Of a DNA stretch of 31,976 nucleotides, positions 24,938 through 31,927 are shown in pieces. The translations under genes and the position numbers were made by a program. The stretch covers positions 1-31,976 of the IMG/VR virus record IMGVR_UViG_3300012346_000177, one strand, 5' to 3'. The DNA comes from a virus. Positions within the stretch are counted from its first letter, which is position 1. Each line of letters begins with the position of its first letter. Below the pieces are notes generated by a model that had not been told where the DNA came from, made no database searches, and was given only the letters and a program-made list of their open reading frames with translations.

Positions 24938-25252
24938 ATGGACATATCGGCAAACGACTTGACAAAATGGGCAAAAACAAACCTTGAATGTATCGGGTAC
25001 AGGTTGAACAGGGTAAATAATATTCCATTTGGTAAACGTAAAGGTACGATTCAAAAAGGTTGGGCGGACTTACAAGGGTACACAGAAAACGGCGTTTATG
25101 TAGCGGTTGAAGTTAAAAAGATTGGCGACCGTTTAAGCGTTGAACAAAAAGAAAGGTTAAAAGATATTTACGAATGTGGTGGAATTGTTTATATTTGTAC
25201 TGAAGTGGATAATAAACCAACTTTAATTGAATGGTCAAAAATGAAATTTTAG
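24938..25252 (+). CDS. VRR-NUC domain nuclease (PD-(D/E)xK)
   Basis: WADLQGY...VYVAVEVKK...LSVEQKERLKDIYECGGIVYIC fits the D...ExK...Q VRR-NUC pattern. Confidence 0.7.
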   Translation: MDISANDLTKWAKTNLECIGYRLNRVNNIPFGKRKGTIQKGWADLQGYTENGVYVAVEVKKIGDRLSVEQKERLKDIYECGGIVYICTEVDNKPTLIEWSKMKF

Positions 25253-25731
25253 CGGAATATTGGGATTCAAAGGAAGTAAACGACGCCTTTGGGAAAATGC
25301 AACCTGAAGAATTGCAGTACGATTTGAAAGCTGAAGTTTTTTTGGTTCTTTGTGAAATGGACGAATCAAAGTTGGTTGGAATGTACGAACGAAACGAATT
25401 GAAATTTTACATTGTGCGAACTATGTTAAATATGATTAAAAGCGACAGAAGTACATTTTTTAAAAATTATAGGAATTACACGGAGTTTGTAGGCAATGAA
25501 GTAAACAGGGAATTGACACGATTAAATGAAGAACCGACAGAATTGTTTGAAAAACTTGAAAGGAATTTAGAGGATTTACATTGGTACAATAAGGAAATAT
25601 TGAAGCTTTATGCGATTGACTTTAAGAAGAACGCTAAAGAATTAAGTCGTAAAACCGGCATTCCATATATGTCAATCGTAAGGACTATAAATAAAACCAA
25701 AAAATTAATGAAAACAAACATACGCAAATGA
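25231..25731 (+). CDS. phage sigma-70 family (ECF-like) sigma factor
   Basis: Region-2-like FYIVRTMLNMIKSDRSTFFKNY and region-4 HTH ELSRKTGIPYMSIVRTINKTKKLM. Confidence 0.6.
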   Translation: MVKNEILAEYWDSKEVNDAFGKMQPEELQYDLKAEVFLVLCEMDESKLVGMYERNELKFYIVRTMLNMIKSDRSTFFKNYRNYTEFVGNEVNRELTRLNEEPTELFEKLERNLEDLHWYNKEILKLYAIDFKKNAKELSRKTGIPYMSIVRTINKTKKLMKTNIRK

Positions 25732-25967
25732 TTTTATCAATTATAACCGCCGTCTGTGCATCACTATTTATTAACGATATACATAACCTTCCCTTTAAAT
25801 GGAAGGCAAATTTCAAGCCATTTAATTGCGGAAGTTGCTTGGCTGCGTGGCTTGCACCAATACACTATTTCGCACCTGAATTAATCCAAAACATTACTTC
25901 AACAATGTTTATTGCCGGATTTTTAGCGCCTATCTTATCAAAATTAATTTGGAATTTATGGAAATAA
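25728..25967 (+). CDS. small membrane protein with a CxxC motif (candidate anti-sigma partner)
   Basis: 79 aa, ATGA-coupled to the sigma gene. Hydrophobic N- and C-terminal helices with FNCGSC between them. Confidence 0.4.
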   Translation: MILSIITAVCASLFINDIHNLPFKWKANFKPFNCGSCLAAWLAPIHYFAPELIQNITSTMFIAGFLAPILSKLIWNLWK

Positions 25968-26290
25968 AAGAAGAACACCGTAATTGGTTAGAAGCCAATA
26001 TTGGTAATTATGAAACTGCAAAGAACGGTTTTATCAGAAACCTTGAATTGTCAGAACTTCAAATGTACGAACATATTTACAGATTGTATTTAGACCCTAA
26101 TTTTTTATTGTCTGTTTGGTGTGGCGCTTGTAAGTACGAAATGATTATGCGTTTGTACAAATGGTATGAGCAACAACCAAAAAGTTTACCAACAGAAAAC
26201 ATTGAAGAAGGTAATTATTTTTATGAAACACCTGTTGAAATAGTTTTAAACCAACAACCAAAGAAACGCGGACGTAAACCAAAAAAATAA
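25958..26290 (+). CDS. hypothetical protein with a basic AT-hook-like tail (KKRGRKPKK)
   Basis: ATG 25958; the track start 25949 is a TTG. TAATG-coupled to the next gene. Confidence 0.55.
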   Translation: MEIKEEHRNWLEANIGNYETAKNGFIRNLELSELQMYEHIYRLYLDPNFLLSVWCGACKYEMIMRLYKWYEQQPKSLPTENIEEGNYFYETPVEIVLNQQPKKRGRKPKK

Positions 26291-26793
26291 TGGCTAATTT
26301 TATACACCCAACCGCCATAATTGGCGACAACGTTATTTTAGGCGACAATAATTACATTGGCGCTTATTGTATTATAGGCGACCCGGCTGAACACAAAAAG
26401 CATTGGGACGAAGAAAAAGGCAAAGTTTATATTGGCAATAACAATATTATTACAGGATTGGTTACCATTGACGCAGGGACAAAAGATATTACATTTATAG
26501 GGAATAATTGTTTTGTAATGAAACACGCGCATATTGGACACGATTGTTTAATTCAGGATAATGTGACGATAAGTTGCGGCGCAAAAATTGGCGGGCATTC
26601 AATTGTAAAAGAATATTCAAACATTGGATTAAATGCCGTACTTCATCAATTTACAACTATTGAACGCGGTTGTATGGTTGGCGCAAGTGCATTTATAAAA
26701 GGTGCAACAGAAGAATTTTCAAAATATGCAGGTGTTCCCGCACGTAAAATTGGAATAAATGAATATAGCCGTAATATTATTAACCCAAAATAG
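26290..26793 (+). CDS. LpxA-like left-handed beta-helix (hexapeptide-repeat) acyltransferase, truncated
   Basis: Continuous [LIV]Gxxxx repeats. KHAHIGHDC, GGHSIV and LNAVLHQF line up with E. coli LpxA NAHIAHDC, AGHVSV and MTAVHQF. It ends right after the beta-helix. Confidence 0.6.
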   Translation: MANFIHPTAIIGDNVILGDNNYIGAYCIIGDPAEHKKHWDEEKGKVYIGNNNIITGLVTIDAGTKDITFIGNNCFVMKHAHIGHDCLIQDNVTISCGAKIGGHSIVKEYSNIGLNAVLHQFTTIERGCMVGASAFIKGATEEFSKYAGVPARKIGINEYSRNIINPK

Positions 26794-27448
26794 GGCAGAC
26801 CTGACGAAACAGGTCATTGACAGGAATTTTTACAATAGCGGTCACGACGCGCATTGTTATCTTATTGACAACGGAAGCGACGACGAACAGTTTTCTGAAA
26901 TACAATCATATTATAATTGGCATTTTGCAAGTTGGTCACTACATAAAAGGGGGATTGCCGCAGGTGTTAATTTAGGTTTAGCCATTACACAGGAATACGA
27001 CGGCGTTTGTATATTGGCAAACGATATACTACTTCCTGACAATTGGCTTAAAAATTGGGTTATGTTTTCAAAACGTGTATCAAAAACAGGCATTATTGGC
27101 ATACATTGCGTTGAAGAATTGCCGCCATTGGTTGACGGAATACATAAAACGCATACACCTTTTGGAAATAACTTCCTTACAAGGGAATTAATTGACACAA
27201 TTGGCGGTTATAACAAAGAATACGACCCGTACGGAATGCAGGACAGGGATTACGGCGAACGCGCAACCATTGCCGGGTTTACTAATTACTATTTACCGGA
27301 ATTACGTTCTGAACATATAGGTCACGACGTTGGCAACGGGACAGAATACAGAAGAATGAAGGACGAAAGTTTAATGCGCGCACAGGCGGTTTGGGAAAAA
27401 TACCAACCAATTTATCATAAAGAAAAAAAGATTAAATGCGAATTTTAG
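26759..27448 (+). CDS. family 2 glycosyltransferase (GT-A fold)
   Basis: IAVILLTQNRADL, YLIDNGSDDEQ, ILANDILLP, YGMQDRDYGERATIAGF. Confidence 0.7.
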   Translation: MNIAVILLTQNRADLTKQVIDRNFYNSGHDAHCYLIDNGSDDEQFSEIQSYYNWHFASWSLHKRGIAAGVNLGLAITQEYDGVCILANDILLPDNWLKNWVMFSKRVSKTGIIGIHCVEELPPLVDGIHKTHTPFGNNFLTRELIDTIGGYNKEYDPYGMQDRDYGERATIAGFTNYYLPELRSEHIGHDVGNGTEYRRMKDESLMRAQAVWEKYQPIYHKEKKIKCEF

Positions 27449-28443
27449 CAATTACGAGCAAAACAAGTGGGGTTGGTTATCATAGAATTATGATGCCGTT
27501 GGTAAATATGAAGAAGGATTATTGTTTAATGACCGACACAGTAAGCGAAGAAACTTTTGAAGGTAATTATGATATTGTGGTTATGAATCGTATGTTGGCA
27601 AACATAACGCCCGAACAAATGTCTGAATGGCGAAAAAAGTACGGTTTTAAATTAATAGTTGACAACGACGATTATTGGCATTTAGACCCTTCGCATATAC
27701 TTTACGAACGATATGTTCTAAATAACGTCCCGCAACAGATTATAAATTGGATTCAGATTGCTGACCTTTGCACAGTTACGCACGAACGATTGGCTGAAGA
27801 AGTTTACCAATACAATCAGAATGTTGAAATATTACCAAATGCGATTCCATACGGTGAAGAACAATTTAAAGATTTTAAAACAGAATCAGACATTGTTCGT
27901 TTGTTTTGGTCAGGTTCGGGAACGCACGGTAAGGATATGGAAATACTACGTAACCCAATGAAGCGAATAAATTTCCCGGTTAAAACTGTAATTGCAGGAT
28001 ATAATGAAGGCGAAAAGCCAATTTGGGACGGAATGATTGCGGCATTTACTAACGGGTTGAAACTTAACCCTAAAATATACAATTACAACGAAGTTACTTC
28101 ATATATGGCGGCTTATTGCGATTCAGATATTTCACTTATCCCTTTATTAGATACTAAATTTAATTCAATGAAGTCTAATTTGAAGGTACTTGAAACCGCA
28201 GCAAAGAAGAACCCGGCAATTGTTAGCAACGTTCACCCGTACAGGGGGTTTTATCCCGCTTGTCACGTCAATAGCCAAAAAGATTGGTATTATTGGATTA
28301 AGTTGTTAACCAAAGACGCAGACGCCCGTAAAAGCTACGGAAATGCGTTGTACGACTATTGCAATAAGAACTTCAACTTGCACGAAGTAAACAAGCGCCG
28401 TTTTGCTATTTATAATAAACTAATTAGCAATGCCGGTAATTAA
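27436..28443 (+). CDS. GT-B-type glycosyltransferase (GT1/GT4-like)
   Basis: MRILAITSKTSGVGYHR N-terminus. C-terminal half FWSGSGTHGKD ... KSNLKVLETAAKKNPAIVS resembles the nucleotide-sugar binding half. Confidence 0.5.
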   Translation: MRILAITSKTSGVGYHRIMMPLVNMKKDYCLMTDTVSEETFEGNYDIVVMNRMLANITPEQMSEWRKKYGFKLIVDNDDYWHLDPSHILYERYVLNNVPQQIINWIQIADLCTVTHERLAEEVYQYNQNVEILPNAIPYGEEQFKDFKTESDIVRLFWSGSGTHGKDMEILRNPMKRINFPVKTVIAGYNEGEKPIWDGMIAAFTNGLKLNPKIYNYNEVTSYMAAYCDSDISLIPLLDTKFNSMKSNLKVLETAAKKNPAIVSNVHPYRGFYPACHVNSQKDWYYWIKLLTKDADARKSYGNALYDYCNKNFNLHEVNKRRFAIYNKLISNAGN

Positions 28444-28843
28444 ATGTTCAAACGGGAAATACAGAATTGGGTCAGGTGCTTGTATTTATGATACAGAAGA
28501 AAGCGCGCAAAGGGCGTGGGCGGCAATTAGGGTTTCAATGGTCAATTCATACAACGATTACCCAAAAGCGGCAATACTAAACGCGCAAAAGGCGTTAAAT
28601 ATAAGAAACGAAAACAATTCAACTTGCGGTACACCTGTTGGTTGGGCGCGTGCAAACCAATTAGCAAGTGGCGAAAACATAACACGTGACACAATCGCAC
28701 GAATGGCGTCTTTTGAAAGGCACAGACAAAATTCAAAAGGTGACCCTAAAAAAGACTGCGGTGCGTTAATGTGGTTGGCGTGGGGTGGCGACGAAGGTAT
28801 TGAATGGGCGCAAAGAAAACTAAAACAAATTGACAACCAATAA
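28430..28843 (+). CDS. conserved phage protein (domain often seen fused to MuF-like/virion proteins)
   Basis: GKYRIGSGACIYDTEESAQRAWAAI and GTPVGWARANQLASGENITRDTIARMASFERH...LMWLAWGG resemble a recurrent phage domain. I cannot name the family. Confidence 0.4.
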   Translation: MPVIKCSNGKYRIGSGACIYDTEESAQRAWAAIRVSMVNSYNDYPKAAILNAQKALNIRNENNSTCGTPVGWARANQLASGENITRDTIARMASFERHRQNSKGDPKKDCGALMWLAWGGDEGIEWAQRKLKQIDNQ

Positions 28844-29025
28844 TGGAATACTTTATTCAGTATGGCAACTTTAGGTTTTCGTTTCACATATTGCCGCGTA
28901 ATATATTGTTAGGCATAAATATAGGCGAAGCGGTTGACGAAAATAACGAATTCCATAATTCAATTGCAATTGGCTTACTTTTTGTTGCTTTCACCTTTGT
29001 ACTATTTGATGAAAAATTATACTAA
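28843..29025 (+). CDS. hypothetical small protein
   Basis: 60-aa ATG ORF, TAATG-coupled upstream, fills the space before the HNH ATG. Confidence 0.4.
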   Translation: MEYFIQYGNFRFSFHILPRNILLGINIGEAVDENNEFHNSIAIGLLFVAFTFVLFDEKLY

Positions 29026-29266
29026 AATTTATTTGGATTACTTTGGGTACGGAATTGAAGATTTTATACCCTGCGAAGTATGCGGAAACAAGGCGGTTGA
29101 CATTCACCACATAGAAGCAAGGGGAATGGGGGGAACTAAAGAAAAGGACAGGATTGAAAATTTAATGGCGCTTTGCCGTTATTGTCACGTCGTAATGGGG
29201 GACACAAAGACGCATTTGGAATATTTAAAAGATAAGCATAAAAAGGCATTAAATGGCAAAGATTAA
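29009..29266 (+). CDS. HNH endonuclease
   Basis: CEVCGNKAVDIHHIEARGMGG...ENLMALCRYCH. ATG 29009 is preferred over the TTG at 28934. Confidence 0.8.
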   Translation: MKNYTKIYLDYFGYGIEDFIPCEVCGNKAVDIHHIEARGMGGTKEKDRIENLMALCRYCHVVMGDTKTHLEYLKDKHKKALNGKD

Positions 29267-29375
29267 AGGCGACAGTCAAAAGACTAATTTCGGAAAAAGA
29301 AAGTGCGGACACGCGAAGAAAAGTTATAACAAACACAATCCACGACCAAAGGCGTACAAAGGTCAGGGAAGGTAA
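29253..29375 (+). CDS. very basic 40-aa peptide (possible)
   Basis: Hand-translated: MAKIKGDSQKTNFGKRKCGHAKKSYNKHNPRPKAYKGQGR. Overlaps the HNH stop and is followed by a hairpin. Confidence 0.35.
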   Translation: MAKIKGDSQKTNFGKRKCGHAKKSYNKHNPRPKAYKGQGR

Positions 29376-29379
29376 ATTT

Positions 29380-29406
29380 TTGTCGTTGGGTGAATAAGAA
29401 CGACAA
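29380..29406 (+). terminator. 8-bp hairpin (ttgtcgtt / aacgacaa), no T tract
   Basis: 29380..29387 pairs with 29399..29406, with an 11-nt loop. Confidence 0.4.
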
Positions 29407-29481
29407 GTATCTTAAAATAAGCACAGGTTTGACCATTTACACCCAAATAAGGTATTTATATCGTTGGCGTCCTTAAAAATG

Positions 29482-29490
29482 GTATCTTTA
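29482..29490 (+). promoter_or_regulatory. GTATCTTTA box (-7-like TAtcTTTa) upstream of terS
   Basis: One mismatch from TAnnTTTG, 18 nt before ATG 29508. The same 9-mer recurs at 29888..29896. Confidence 0.4.
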
Positions 29491-29507
29491 AAAACAAAGG
29501 TATTACA

Positions 29508-29888
29508 ATGGCAAAGGAAGTCAAACAAAAACACGGGGGGACATTAAAGGTTCTTCAGAAAGGCGAAACGGCAAACCCGAACGGGCGACCGCGTAAGTAT
29601 GTCAGCCTATTAAAAGAACAGGGGTACAAATTAGCCGAAATAAACGATTCAATTCAGGCGCTTATGTCAATGACACCTAAAGAGTTGGAAGCGGTTACAA
29701 AGAACCCGGACGCGACAGTACTTGAATTAACAGTTGCAAAAGCAATGGTTAAGTCAATGAATAATGGAAGTCTTTATTCAATGGACACTTTATTGTCACG
29801 TGTTTACGGTAAACCAAAAGAACAGGTTGACGTTCAACAGGACACGAAGATTGAAGTCGTATTTGTTGACGGCAAAACCATTTTGTAG
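29508..29888 (+). CDS. terS: terminase small subunit
   Basis: N-terminal GETANPNGRPRKY motif and an HTH-like segment, upstream of terL. Confidence 0.65.
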   Translation: MAKEVKQKHGGTLKVLQKGETANPNGRPRKYVSLLKEQGYKLAEINDSIQALMSMTPKELEAVTKNPDATVLELTVAKAMVKSMNNGSLYSMDTLLSRVYGKPKEQVDVQQDTKIEVVFVDGKTIL

Positions 29889-29896
29889 TATCTTTA
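29888..29896 (+). promoter_or_regulatory. second GTATCTTTA box upstream of the inserted small ORF
   Basis: Identical 9-mer, 14 nt before ATG 29910. Confidence 0.35.
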
Positions 29897-29909
29897 TAAA
29901 AATAAACCT

Positions 29910-30116
29910 ATGACACCAAAAGAAAAAGCAGAAAAGTTATTTAATGATTTTTATGTTGAAACATATGGGTTTCATAAATTTGAAGCGAAGAAATATGCTA
30001 TAATGTGCGTTAGTGAAATTTTAAAATATTGTGAAGAAAATGAATTTCAACCACAATTTGGTATGACATATGAACAATATTTTGATGAAGTAAAACAAGA
30101 AATAGAAAAACTATAA
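29910..30116 (+). CDS. hypothetical protein (AT-rich insert between terS and terL)
   Basis: 68-aa ATG ORF, visibly lower GC than its flanks. Confidence 0.6.
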   Translation: MTPKEKAEKLFNDFYVETYGFHKFEAKKYAIMCVSEILKYCEENEFQPQFGMTYEQYFDEVKQEIEKL

Positions 30117-31268
30117 ATGCGCATAGAACTTCCAACACCGCACGCGAATCAGGAAAAGATATTAAACGCCGACAAGCGTTTTATTGTCGTTATGTGTGGA
30201 CGTCGTTTTGGGAAGTCTGAATTGTCGCAAATATTAATAATCAAAGAAGCATTAAAGGGCGGACAGGTTGCATACATTACGCCAACATACGGATTGGCTG
30301 AAGTGTTTTTTGAACGATTGTCAAAGGTACTTCCATTTAAAAGCAATATTAAAAAGCTTAAAATATATTGTCCCAACGAAGGGTCAATTGAATTTTTTAC
30401 AGGTGAACGTTTAGACAACTTACGCGGTCGTAAGTTTCATTTGGTTATTGTGGACGAAGCCGCGTTTATTTCAGATTTAGAAGACGGTTGGAATAATAGC
30501 ATTCGCCCGACGCTGACCGACTACGAAGGGAAGGCGGTATTCCTTTCAACGCCACGTGGCAAAAACTTTTTTTATTCCTTGTTTATGAAACAAGGCGAAA
30601 ACGATTGGCAAAGCTTTAAATTTAGTACGTACGACAACCCGCATATTAACCCGCGCGAAATAGACGAAGCACGAATTCAATTACCTGAAGTTGTATTTGA
30701 ACAGGAATATATGGCGAACCCGTCCGAGAATAGCGCAAACCCTTTTGGTAACGCATTCATTAAACGTTGCGTAAAACCTATTTCAGCGCAACCTATTGTT
30801 TGTTATGGCATTGACCTTGCAAAGTCTGTGGATTATACAGTTATTATTGGATTGGACAAAGACGGCAACGTGGCGTATTTTGACCGCTTCCAAATGGATT
30901 GGCATAATACCAAAGAAACAATTAAAAGATTGCCGCCTGCGCCAATTGTGGTGGATTCAACAGGGGTTGGCGACCCTATATTAGAAGACTTGCTTCGCGA
31001 AGGGGTAAACATTGAAGGTTTAAAGTTTACAAGTCAATCCAAACAACAGTTAATGGAAGGTTTGGCTTCAGCGATTCAACAGGGACGAATCGGATTCCCG
31101 GAAGGGGTTATTGTGGACGAATTGGACGTTTTTGAATATCAGTTTACTTCGCACGGCGTAAGGTATTCAGCGCCTTCAGGATTCCACGACGATACCGTAA
31201 TGGCTTTGGCTTTAGCGTGGCAAAACCACAATATCAAACGCGGTTCAGGGCGTTATGCCTTCGCTTAA
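30117..31268 (+). CDS. terL: terminase large subunit
   Basis: Walker A MCGRRFGKSE, Walker B HLVIVDEAAF. Nuclease-domain acidic motifs YGIDLAKSVDYTV, VVDSTGVGD, FHDDTVMALALA. Confidence 0.85.
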   Translation: MRIELPTPHANQEKILNADKRFIVVMCGRRFGKSELSQILIIKEALKGGQVAYITPTYGLAEVFFERLSKVLPFKSNIKKLKIYCPNEGSIEFFTGERLDNLRGRKFHLVIVDEAAFISDLEDGWNNSIRPTLTDYEGKAVFLSTPRGKNFFYSLFMKQGENDWQSFKFSTYDNPHINPREIDEARIQLPEVVFEQEYMANPSENSANPFGNAFIKRCVKPISAQPIVCYGIDLAKSVDYTVIIGLDKDGNVAYFDRFQMDWHNTKETIKRLPPAPIVVDSTGVGDPILEDLLREGVNIEGLKFTSQSKQQLMEGLASAIQQGRIGFPEGVIVDELDVFEYQFTSHGVRYSAPSGFHDDTVMALALAWQNHNIKRGSGRYAFA

Positions 31269-31341
31269 CAATCATAAAAGTTTCACTTTAGTACAACATT
31301 TGACCCGATTATGATTGATATTCGGTTCATTTATGACCTAT

Positions 31342-31375
31342 ATACCATTTATCCTTATTATTTACCGTTCATCAC
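31342..31375 (+). promoter_or_regulatory. second copy of the dual TACCRTTYATC boxes (20-nt spacing)
   Basis: ataccatttatcc 31342..31354 and tttaccgttcatcac 31361..31375; compare 20933..20968. Confidence 0.5.
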
Positions 31376-31410
31376 AATTTTTAAAAAAAACTTTGCAAAA
31401 TGTCAGGAAG

Positions 31411-31435
31411 TTGTATAAAACCTGTGTTATATTTG
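31411..31435 (+). promoter_or_regulatory. early promoter: shared block TTGTATAAAACCTGT plus -7 TATATTTG
   Basis: TAtaTTTG 31428..31435, 22 nt before ATG 31457. The block ttgtataaaacctg matches ttgtgtaaaacctg at 20987..21000. Confidence 0.55.
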
Positions 31436-31456
31436 TGGAACAATAAAACCAACATT

Positions 31457-31720
31457 ATGACAACGATTACAAACATTACAGAAAAAGAACAAATTACTTT
31501 AAAAGAAGTTTGTTCATTACAAATGCAAGACGGACTTTCAGAATATACAAGCGTAAGCAACGCAAGTGAAAAAGGAATTTTAGGTTCATTAGTTAAAAAA
31601 GGATTAATTTACAATTGTCACGAAGGCGAATCATTTTATATGTATTGCCTAACAACTGAAGGACTTGAACTTTGTAAAGAATTAGGATTTAAGACAGAAC
31701 ACATTCATTTTTTTAATTAA
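31457..31720 (+). CDS. hypothetical early protein (87 aa)
   Basis: ATG 31457 (MTTITNITEKEQ...). The track start 31400 lies inside the promoter. Confidence 0.6.
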   Translation: MTTITNITEKEQITLKEVCSLQMQDGLSEYTSVSNASEKGILGSLVKKGLIYNCHEGESFYMYCLTTEGLELCKELGFKTEHIHFFN

Positions 31721-31774
31721 TTACTATCCCCCGCAGGGGTGCGACTGACCAACGCACATTTTAAAACTTATACA

Positions 31775-31927
31775 ATGGCAAACAGACTAAAAACCAAAGA
31801 AGACAAATTAAACGAGCATTACGCAGTAATGCAAAAGCAATACGCAAAAGATAGTATTAGCTTATTAAATGCCGGAATCATTATTTTAGCCTGCTTTATT
31901 ATAGCGGGAATCCTTGAAAATATTTAA
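31775..31927 (+). CDS. small tail-anchored membrane protein (50 aa)
   Basis: ATG 31775 (MANRLKTKEDK...). C-terminal TM segment GIIILACFIIAGIL. Confidence 0.45.
   Translation: MANRLKTKEDKLNEHYAVMQKQYAKDSISLLNAGIIILACFIIAGILENI

Noticed and set aside
31728-31739. Short hairpin ccccc-gca-gggg after gene 31457..31720
   Set aside because: It has only a 4-bp stem with a 3-nt loop and no T tract, which is too weak to call a terminator.
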